From Paraspadella gotoi (taxonomy: Eukaryota; Animalia; Chaetognatha), in the NCBI GenBank assembly GCA_051294375.1, contig CM119270.1, forward strand, positions 16,270,413-16,334,412: a DNA stretch of 64,000 nt, written 5' to 3'. The notes beneath the pieces are model-generated. The model did no database searches. It saw only the letters and a list, made by a program, of their open reading frames with translations, and had not been told where the DNA came from. Below, piece after piece: positions 53,597 through 64,000 of the stretch. Positions within the stretch are counted from its first letter, which is position 1. Each line of letters begins with the position of its first letter. Position numbers and translations under genes: made by a program.

Positions 53597-53939
53597 GTAA
53601 ACTATCCACATTTACAGGATCGGCCTTTTGAATGACAAACTCGGACGTCGAGACGCCAACGTCCTCAACCAAATTCCCGCCATTTTGAGCGGAATCCTCA
53701 GCACTACATCCTACTACATCAATTCTCCTGTGATGCTCATCATTTCTCGGTTTTTAGTCGGCATCACAGCCGGAGCCGGTTACACTTACGTCTCGGCTTA
53801 TCTCATCGAAATCGCACCGACAAAGCACAGAGGTTTTTGTATTAGTCTTTTTATTTTCTGACCTATCTATCTATGTTCTCTATCTTTTTCTTTCTTTTTT
53901 CTTTCTTTCTTTCTTTCTTCTTTCTTTCTTTCTTTCTTT

Positions 53940-53999
<60 letters not shown>

Positions 54000-54015
54000 T
54001 TGGTTCTTTCTTTTC

Positions 54016-54092
<77 letters not shown>

Positions 54093-56693
54093 CTCTCTTC
54101 TCCTCTTTTTTTCTAACAACTACAGGTGGCATCAGTCGATACAAGCCCATTAAATGAAGGCTGCCTCGGAACGATTACGGCGCAGATATTGTCGATGCCC
54201 CAAGTCTTGGGGACTCACCTTCTATGGCCTTACCTCACGGGATTTAATGTAATACCAGCCACATTCTCCCTGGTACTTTTGCCTTTTTGCGTTGAAAGTC
54301 CGAGGTAATGTCAAATTATCTTAATTATTTAATTTTAAAGTGAATTGTTTTAAAATTACTACATACCCGTTTAAAAGTGCTGGGGTAGTGAGCTAAAGCA
54401 ACTCGAACCCAAATATTCATGAGTTTATATAAGTATACCGAAAGAAAGCGTTGGCTAGAGAGGCCCATAGAATCGAACTTCACAAGCACCAAGCTATTTT
54501 TAAAACTTCTTCCATTTGCAGATATCTCTTCATCATTCGTAATGACCGAAGCGGCGCTGAAGCGGCCTGGCGTCGTCTTCTGGGCAGAGAGAACGTCGAA
54601 GATCGCATCAAGGAAATGGGAATTGAAAAGAGAATCTACGAAGTCATGGGTCACACCATCATTGACTTCCTCAGGAACCGGAATGTCAGATGGCCGCTAT
54701 TTATGGCCATAATATTGAGGGTGGGACGATTAGTATATTGTGGTCATCGTTATCTTAAGAAAAAACAAAGGCCATTATTTTCAAAAGCTCCTCGTCAGTC
54801 TGTGTTAAGTTTGTAATTAATAGCTTAAGGTTTAAAGTTAATGTTTTACGTTAGGGGTTTGGGATAGGATGTAGATTAAAGGTTCGGTATAAGGATTAGC
54901 TTTTGGATTACGAAGATTTTCTCGGATTGGGCCTCTGTCAATCAAACTGAACTACAGAATTCTAACTTATAAATTATTCAACCAAAACAATTTTAACTTA
55001 AACGATATTTCAGTGTTTACCAACATCGAGCGGAATCGACGCCGTACAAACTTATTCAGGCATCGTTTTTTACGAAGCGGGTAAGAATTAAAAATTAAAC
55101 TTTTACGGTAAATTGACTCTCTCTAGTCTCTGGTCTCTAGTCTCGGCAAATCGTAATCTCCCTTCAGGAGTAAAGAAGAGTTTCATTCCTTTCATTATCC
55201 TCGGATTGGGAATCGTGAATCTTTTGGCGATAATCGCCGCTTTGCTTTACGTCGATCGATTGGGAAGACGAAAATTTTTACTCTTCACCTGCGGGATCGT
55301 CGTCGTCACATTCTTTGTCCTCTCCTTCTGTTTAGTGTTTGAGGTTTGCGTGAAAAGTGAATTGACCGCTTCGATTATTCAGTGACGAACGGAAAATGTT
55401 GATTTTTCAATCAAGGACCGGTGGCAGGATCGCTCTACTAGTGATAAAGGTCTGTCCATCAATCTGGACAACTTACGTTAAAAATGCTTATAACTCGGGT
55501 AAAACTTTTAGTTTAGTTCATAATTGGTACGAATGTAAAGTAACATGAAACCTTTCCGTACATTTATATCATACTTGTGAATTCACGTGATCACCATTAA
55601 AAGCGATCGCTAAAAATTTGGTTGCTCTTTTGTTAATTTCGCTCACTCGCATCGAAATAACTTCAAGCGCCTCCGTTAGTTTTTTAAAGAAATCTTACAA
55701 ACAATAAATGACCAATTCCGATGCAGCGCGTATCAAGCTCAGGATTGGAATGGCCGTGAAAAACACTTGAACATTTCGGACGACCATCAATTTCAACCCA
55801 TTCGAACCAGGAGCCGAAAAGTATGACGACGAAACCCACATTGTCTTAACGACTGCTATCGTTTCGTGCATCATGATATATCAAATCGGGTTCTCAAGCT
55901 GCTTGGCCTCCGTGCCCGTCTGCTTATCTTGCGAGATTTTTCAACAGGTGATTGAATATCTTCCGTGAAGCTGAAACTAAAGCAGAATTTCAGTATTATT
56001 ATTTTTGTCGGATTGGCAGGGAACTCGCACGGCTGCCACGACTATCGCTCAAGTTGTTTCGTTTCTATGGAAACTGATTCTCAGTGCGACTTTTCTATCG
56101 ATGAACAGTAAAAGAAAACCACTAATTTCGTTGAATGTTGAAATATTTCAATAATTATTCTATAAGCTTAATGTTTTCTTTTTATAAATATTCTTCATTG
56201 TCTCTGCTTTTGTGGTCCTTTTTTTTACATCTAGATGTTAAATAATATTTTGTTTTTGTTTAGAATTGTTGGGCCCTCTGTCGTTTATTCCCTTCGTCGT
56301 CGTCGTCGCTGCGTCTTTCCTCTTTATTTTCGTTTTTGTGCCTGAAACAAAAGACAAATCTTTCGAAGAAATCAACTCGCAGGCAATCTATAAAGTTAAC
56401 AGTCTATATTATTAATTTAATTTAATTAATTAATTCAAGTTTTAACTATCTATCTTTCTTTCGATTTGCAGATGAAAGGCGCTCAACCGGTGATAGACTG
56501 TTGCAGACGCAGGGCGGAAACGAAAGACACTATCGCCAACGAGGAGGGCGATGCGAATAACAACAACAAAGACAGAAACAACAACAACAACGACCAAGCG
56601 AACGTCTCCGTAAATGAAACTAACGCCAGAAACCGTCTAGAAATTAGGGAACGAACTTTTTGTAACCTTACCGATTTATCGCTGTCATTTTAA
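52455..56693 (+). CDS. SLC2A/GLUT-like MFS sugar porter paralog 2 (about 13 exons, a few apparent frameshifts)
   Basis: Exons 52455-52484, 52605-52842, 53041-53186, 53390-53508, 53618-53832, 54126-54304, 54522-54720, 55014-55080, 55168-55343, ~55727-55947, 56020-56107, 56264-56382, 56472-56693. Motifs FGYN, DKLGRR, EIAP, ESPRYL, VDRLGRR and VPETK. Confidence 0.9.
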
Positions 56694-56747
56694 GTAAAAT
56701 TCATAAGCTTAAAACAAAAAAATAGTTTTCTTTTCGTCTCTCTCTCT

Positions 56748-56785
<38 letters not shown>

Positions 56786-57484
56786 CGTTTTCTTGCATTT
56801 CTCTCTGCGGACAAAATTGGTTAATGTTGTTTTCGCTGATTCGGCATCTCGAGATTTGGGGTCGGGCGGAGGAGGAAAGGGAGGAAGAGAGGAAAGGGGA
56901 AAAAAGGGAGGAAGAGAGGTAAGGGGAAAAAAGGGAGGAAGAAAGGAAAGAGGAGAAAGGGAGGAAAGGGAGGAAAGGAAAGGAAGGAATGCAGTTAGAC
57001 ATCTCGAGATCTGCGGATGGGGTGGAGTAGGTAAGAAATGAGGAAAAGTTAGATAACAGGACATGAAAGGGAGGAAAAGAAGGAGTTTATCAAACGAAGG
57101 AAGCGAGGAAAAAGGAGGAAAGAATAAAAGGAGGAAAGAATAAAAAAGGAAAGAATAAAAGGAGGAAAGAAAAAAGGTCAGGATTAAAAAAAGTAAGTCT
57201 TAAGAAAGAAGCAAAGTAAAAATTGGCCAGGGAGGGAGGACGATGACCGATATATTAGAAATAAAAGGCACAGAAAATATAGTAAATGTATTGTAATATT
57301 ATTCACTTTACAAATGTTATTTTAACTTAACTACACAAATTAAAGAGAAAAAATAGTAAAAAGAGAGATAAACTTAAAGAAAAAAAAAGGGTTAGCCGTT
57401 AAAGAAGAAATTTTCAATGAAAGCCAAGAGAAAAGAAAGATGACGAGATTAGGTTTACGGATGAACCCAAATTTTTTCCGGTTG

Positions 57485-57666
57485 AAAGACAAGAAAAGAT
57501 TTTTCTTTCTTCCCTAAAAAGTAAAGTAAAGTAAAGTTTAAGTAAAGTAAAGTAAAGTAAAGTAAAGTAAAGTAAAGACAAGAAAAACATTTTTTTCATC
57601 CCTAAAAAGTAAAGTAAAGTAAAGTAAAGACAAGAAAATATTTTTCTTTCTACTCTAAAAAGTAAA
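57485..57666. repeat. Three short direct repeats carrying (AAAGT)n tracts
   Basis: AAGACAAGAAAA...CTAAAAAGTAAAGT occurs three times. Confidence 0.8.
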
Positions 57667-58823
57667 GTTTTTTTTATCTCATTTTCCAAAACTTTTCCTC
57701 AACTTTGCCACAGCTGCTTATTTCTTTCACGACTTTTTATTTATTAATTACGTATTTTTTTTTACTCTTTTTTTTTCTTTTCTTTTTTCTTTTCTTTTCT
57801 CGTTCAACATCTCACTCCTTCTTCTTCTCTTTCCTCCTCTCTCATTCTCCCTCTCTAACCTTATTCTCCCCTCCCTATCCCTCTATCCACATCCCCTAAC
57901 CCATATTCCCTTCTCCCCCCAACGCCTGTCTCTTTCCAAAGAAGCAAATCATTTCCTTCTCTGCTTCTTTTCAAAAAGCGATTTCGATTTCATAACATTT
58001 TTTTTTTCACGATTGAAATTTTTATGTCAAAGTCGACGACGACGACGACGACGACAACGACGACGACGACGAGGCTACGACGACGACGCACTACGACGAC
58101 CGACGACGACGACGACGACGACGACGGCGGCGACGACGACTATTGAGACGAAGGCGGGGAGGATGTAAAGGACGGCGACGGAAAAAAGGCAACAAGAATT
58201 TTTATTCCATACCACAACAACAACAATAACAATAACAACATCAACAACAACAACAACAACTGCGCCACAAAACAAGCGTGTCATTTCAGTTAGACCGTGT
58301 TGCGATCCCACAGCGACAAGAAATCGCTGTGTCACGAACTCACTTTGTCATAAAGTGATAAACCCGCCACAACCAATACAGAAAAACCAGCGTGCCGAGA
58401 ACCGAAGCCGAGAACCGAAGCCGATGGCCGGAAAACAAAAAAAGGGAATGTCCGTTCGAAAATAAAGCGATTATGACCGTAAGAAATTGAAAGGGGGGGC
58501 GGTAGAGAAAAGGGAAAGAGATGAAAATAAAAAGAGCGGAAATTGAAAAAAAAAGAAAAGAGGAAAAGAAGAAAGAAAAAGAGAAGTTTATAAGAAAGAA
58601 GAAAATATAAAATAATAAAATGTATAAAAATATAAAGTCAATTATTATTAAGATTATTTTAAATACTATCTAATTGATTATATATTTTCTTCCATGTACA
58701 ATTTGTACATGTTACTGCGAAGAAAAATTAAAGAAAACTTTCTTGTTTTCGTATTTCAGATCTGTTTATCTGTAAGTCGTTCTTAACTTCTTTCTTTATT
58801 TTCTCTTTTTTCTTTCTTTGTTT

Positions 58824-58907
<84 letters not shown>

Positions 58908-59172
58908 TCCTCCTTCACTCGCTCGGCGGAGGACAAGCAGAGCGGAAAGGACGGAAAATGACAGGAAAGATGAAAGGGAGAAAAAAGAAAATAAAAAAAG
59001 AGGAAAAGGAAAGTGAAACTGAAAGAAAGAAAAAATTCTTTTCTTGAAATCTGTTTTTTTGAATATTCAAACCAAGAGCTGAGCTGAGCGGTGATACTTT
59101 TGTGGAGGCGAAGGGTGGGAGAGAGAGGGAAGGGGTGAAGGATGAAAAGGAGAGGAAGGGAGGGAGGCAGGG

Positions 59173-59214
<42 letters not shown>

Positions 59215-59346
59215 AAAAGATGGTAAAAAATATAACCGGAAAAATAAAACAGAAAAGAAAGAAAGAGAGAGAGAATGAAAAAAAAGGGAGAAAAAAAAGG
59301 AAAAAGAAAACATTAAAGAAACAATGAAAAAAGATAAAAAAAGCGA

Positions 59347-59413
<67 letters not shown>

Positions 59414-61879
59414 GAGAAAACAAAGAAAGAAAGGAGAAAAGAAAGATAGAAAAAAAGAAAGAAAGCAGGAAAGAAATGAGGAAATAGGTAACAAAAAAGA
59501 AAGAAGAAAATAAAGGAAGAAAAAGAAAGGAACGCAAAAAAAAGGGAGAAAAATGCGGGACCGAGACGGAGACAGCGAAAAGAGATGAAAAAGATGGGCG
59601 GCCTCGGTCAGCGGTCAGACTTGTCCCTTCCATCCTTCCTTTTTCTTTCCCTCGAGTAGATAAGGTCTACAAAGGGGCAAGGCTCCTCTAATCAGACTGA
59701 CCACCCGGAGCCCCACGTCGCGATCTNNNNNNNNNNNNNNNNNNNNNNNNNNNNNNNNNNNNNNNNNNNNNNNNNNNNNNNNNNNNNNNNNNNNNNNNNN
59801 NNNNNNNNNNNNNNNNNNNNNNNNNNNNNNNNNNNNNNNNNNNNNNNNNNNNNNNNNNNNNNNNNNNNNNNNNNNNNNNNNNNNNNNNNNNNNNNNNNNN
59901 NNNNNNNNNNNNNNNNNNNNNNNNNNNNNNNNNNNNNNNNNNNNNNNNNNNNNNNNNNNNNNNNNNNNNNNNNNNNNNNNNNNNNNNNNNNNNNNNNNNN
60001 NNNNNNNNNNNNNNNNNNNNNNNNNNNNNNNNNNNNNNNNNNNNNNNNNNNNNNNNNNNNNNNNNNNNNNNNNNNNNNNNNNNNNNNNNNNNNNNNNNNN
60101 NNNNNNNNNNNNNNNNNNNNNNNNNNNNNNNNNNNNNNNNNNNNNNNNNNNNNNNNNNNNNNNNNNNNNNNNNNNNNNNNNNNNNNNNNNNNNNNNNNNN
60201 NNNNNNNNNNNNNNNNNNNNNNNNNNNNNNNNNNNNNNNNNNNNNNNNNNNNNNNNNNNNNNNNNNNNNNNNNNNNNNNNNNNNNNNNNNNNNNNNNNNN
60301 NNNNNNNNNNNNNNNNNNNNNNNNNNNNNNNNNNNNNNNNNNNNNNNNNNNNNNNNNNNNNNNNNNNNNNNNNNNNNNNNNNNNNNNNNNNNNNNNNNNN
60401 NNNNNNNNNNNNNNNNNNNNNNNNNNNNNNNNNNNNNNNNNNNNNNNNNNNNNNNNNNNNNNNNNNNNNNNNNNNNNNNNNNNNNNNNNNNNNNNNNNNN
60501 NNNNNNNNNNNNNNNNNNNNNNNNNNNNNNNNNNNNNNNNNNNNNNNNNNNNNNNNNNNNNNNNNNNNNNNNNNNNNNNNNNNNNNNNNNNNNNNNNNNN
60601 NNNNNNNNNNNNNNNNNNNNNNNNNNNNNNNNNNNNNCCTCCTCCTCCCGCTCCATAAGAATTGAAAAATCGGTTATCAACGTGGAGTGAGAACCAACGA
60701 ACGAGTTTCATTCGCTTTAGGAACAACATTTCCCTTTCGCGCTCGGTGNNNNNNNNNNNNNNNNNNNNNNNNNNNNNNNNNNNNNNNNNNNNNNNNNNNN
60801 NNNNNNNNNNNNNNNNNNNNNNNNNNNNNNNNNNNNNNNNNNNNNNNNNNNNNNNNNNNNNNNNNNNNNNNNNNNNNNNNNNNNNNNNNNNNNNNNNNNN
60901 NNTTTTATTTCTTACATACAAATTCAAAACCATTTTCTAAATTTTCATTTAAAGGAGTTACAAATTATTAGTATTTTTGGAATAAAACCGTTACCGCTCA
61001 TAATTTTGTGGTAATTTAAATATACTGTTATGCCGTAATGTATATAATTGACAACCAGTTATAACTCTTTTTCATTTTCTTTTTCTTTTTCTTTTTTCCT
61101 TTTCTCCTTTCGCCTCGAATTCGTGTTTTCAACTTTCTCCATTCGAGTTCGGGTCGCGCCCTTCCTCATAATCAAGAAATGCAAAGGAAAAAAGTTCGGG
61201 GGGAAAAAGAAAAAAAAAAGAAAGGGATGAGAGAAGATAGGAAAAGAGAAGAAATAGATAGAAAATTTTATAAAAGTAATATATATTGTTATCTGTCTAT
61301 TTTATTAGATGAATGGATAATCATTATATGGTTCATCATCAATATTCGGTATATTTCTTATCCGCCTTGATGAGGCTAATATCTTTAACAGCCAAAAACC
61401 AGATATAAAATTTTGAAATACGATAATCACGTTTATCCGTTATAGTAATAATCATTAATTTCCCCTTCTGCTTTTCCCTTCGATCGAAAATACTGATTGT
61501 TAAGATTGTTAAGACTATTACCATTCTCGAATCCAAAGAAGCAAACATCGCGACGAAAATAGGAACATCGCTATCCGTGTCCGATCTTGTACAGTTTTCG
61601 AAAGGAAATTAACCGAGTTGAGAGCAGATAACATCGTTTTACTTATTCTTCTACTCCGACCAATCAGAGTTGAGAAGTAGCTTCGAAACCGAACAATCAA
61701 CGTTGATGAAAGTCAAATGACGACAAAGAAGATCGAAGGAGTGGCGGAGGGAAAAAACAATATTATACAATATTATTTGAATGAGGCGGGACGAGTGAAA
61801 TTTAAGATTTTTTTACTAATTTTATACTAATATCTACTTTTAATTAGACTTTTTTAACTTCTTTAAATTTTAAAACCAG

Positions 61880-63353
61880 ATATCGAAATCATAGAATTCG
61901 TGGTTCCCAAGAGACAGAGGACCGACGTTTGTCGCCACGCCAACGTCTCTCTCGCTCTCAACGCCAACGACGCCGTTGCCATGACGACCGCGTTCGGGGC
62001 GACGACGACGACGTTTTTTCCTTTAGCGACGTCGTCGAACGTAACGCTGCCGGTGCAACTGGAAATGAAATCGCCGACGCGGCCGACTACTCCGAGGCCG
62101 CCACCGGAGCTGCCATCTATTGCTCTTTTTATATCCTGTCAAAAGGAAGAGAAACAATCAGCTTCGCCAACGACTTCAAATTTGACATCAACGTCCTCAG
62201 TGCAGCAGAAACCAGAAACCTTAGCAGCCTCAACTCCTCCAACGAATCTGTCGACAGTGCAGTCACGGTTTCTTCAGTCCCAAGCAACGTTTACGTCGAG
62301 GACTTCTGTTCTGCAGCAACCGNNNNNNNNNNTTCCCTTATTTCTCAAATCTCCTTTTCTCAATTCTCCTTTTCCCTTATTTCTCAATTCTCCTTTTCTC
62401 AATTCTCCTTTTTCCTTATTTCTCAATTCTCCTTTTCTCAATTCTCCTTTTTCCTTATTTCTCAATTCTCATTTTCTCAATTCTCATTTTCCCTTATTTC
62501 TCAATTCTCCTTTTCTAACTTCTCCTTTTCCCTTATTTCTCAATTCTCCTTCTTTTCCCCTTTTTTTTACTTCTCAGCGTTCCCAAGCACATCATTTTGA
62601 CCTGGCATCTTCCTTCCAACACGCGCGACCACGAAATCGTCTGCTGTTTCGAGGTGAATGAAATATTAAATCTCACTTGAATAAAATATTAAATCTCAAG
62701 AGGATCGTCGCTCCGATTTTACTTTTAGGCAGTAGAGAAAGANNNNNNNNNNNNNNNNNNNNNNNNNNNNNNNNNNNNNNNNNNNNNNNNNNNNNNNNNN
62801 NNNNNNNNNNNNNNNNNNNNNNNNNNNNNNNNNNNNNNNNNNNNNNNNNNNNNNNNNNNNNNNNNNNNNNNNNNNNNNNNNNNNNNNNNNNNNNNNNNNN
62901 NNNNNNNNNNNNNNNNNNNNNNNNNNNNNNNNNNNNNNNNNNNNNNNNNNNNNNNNNNNNNNNNNNNNNNNNNNNNNNNNNNNNNNNNNNNNACAACATT
63001 AACAACAGCTACAACAACAACAACAACAACTACGAAATCAACAAAAAACAAAACTTATTTGTATCAGTAAAAAACGAAACAACAACATTAACAACAAAAA
63101 AAACGACGACAACGTCATCAACAACAACATCGACATCAACGACAACATCTCCCGACAGGTTTTCGGATACCGCGAATCTCTCGAGACCGAGAATCGTTGG
63201 TCCCCGATCCGTCGGGTGAAGAACGCCCCGCCGCCGATCAGTCTCGTCATTGAAGACGTCCTGCAGGGCCACGCCTACCGCTTCGTCGTCAGGGCCGTGG
63301 ACCATCTGAGTCGGGTGGGGCCATTCTCAGCCCCTGCCTCCGTTCACGTCTGA
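61880..63353 (+). CDS. ATF7IP: ATF7IP/MCAF1/Windei-like protein, 3' exons: S/T/P-rich region plus C-terminal FN3 domain
   Basis: Exon 61880-62322 (runs into a gap), exon 62578-62653 (VPKHIILTWHLP...CCFE), exon 63159-63353 (VFGYRE...WSPIRRVKNAPPPISLVIEDVLQGHAYRFVVRAVDHLSRVGPFSAP...stop). This resembles the ATF7IP FN3 signature as I recall it (WKKIGEVKALPLPMACTL...YYFAVRAKD..GRFGPF). A possible upstream exon at ~61515-61740 encodes VFERKLTELR. Confidence 0.75.
62333..62550. repeat. Intronic composite minisatellite (~39-bp unit containing TTTCTCAATTCTCCT subunits)
   Basis: Seen directly; it produces the FLNSPF repeat ORFs. Confidence 0.85.
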
Positions 63354-64000
63354 GATTATATCATCTTCGAAATCATCTGGAGAGTCATCTGTATAGTCAT
63401 ACTAAAGATCACCAGTCGACGTCTGCTGATTTTGTGCGAAAGATTTTAAAAAACGGAGACTTAACTATCGAATGGATTTTCTTCTGATTGTTTTTTAGTC
63501 GCGTCAGCTTTTTAATTAGTATTTATTCTGTTAACTTTTATACTTGACANNNNNNNNNNNNNNNNNNNNNNNNNNNNNNNNNNNNNNNNNNNNNNNNNNN
63601 NNNNNNNNNNNNNNNNNNNNNNNNNNNNNNNNNNNNNNNNNNNNNNNNNNNNNNNNNNNNNNNNNNNNNNNNNNNNNNNNNNNNNNNNNNNNNNNNNNNN
63701 NNNNNNNNNNNNNNNNNNNNNNNNNNNNNNNNNNNNNNNNNNNNNNNNNNNNNNNNNNNNNCCTCGACGCTTCGGCCGACGAAAATCGGAGAGAAAACTT
63801 ATGTGGTGCAGCGTTGATGGTTGGCAAACAAGAAGGAACGAGTTGCGGGGTGTTGAGGTATGGTGAGCTGTGGGATGGATGAGATTGGTTAGTAGGTACA
63901 GTGCAAATGTTACCAACCTTGACTTTTGTATAGAAATTCTAAGAGCCGCAGCTTCGACTTTTTCGGTGGGACATACGAAACTAGGTTCCACGGGTTCCTG

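Overview
AT-rich eukaryotic genomic DNA, probably from an invertebrate animal, rich in AG/CT and GAC/AAC microsatellites, with spliceosomal introns and many N gaps. Several gaps are exactly 25 N, and the indel-rich sequence looks like noisy long-read gap filling. Recognisable genes are three multi-exon SLC2A/GLUT-type sugar-porter genes on + (29957-33683, 42678-46247, 52455-56693), two copies of a condensation-fold/alcohol-acetyltransferase-like gene on - lying head-to-head with the GLUT copies, an ATF7IP/Windei-like gene end with its FN3 domain (61.9-63.35 kb), and a probable unknown multi-exon gene on - at 7.2-9.8 kb. The blocks 25.4-33.7 kb and 33.7-46.25 kb are near-identical and meet at a 25-N gap, so the duplication is probably an assembly or haplotype artefact. 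The second copy carries a 4.4-kb satellite (~470-bp higher-order unit) inside the acyltransferase, flanked by a ~70-bp duplication. A 1.7-kb foldback element with a telomere-like core sits at 47.7-49.4 kb. The most unexplained signal is a densely base-paired, apparently non-coding island at ~6.29-6.96 kb (possibly from 5.94 kb) with long-range helices and a 3' pseudoknot, a candidate large structured RNA I cannot assign to a family. All calls are by eye; no searches or folding programs were run.
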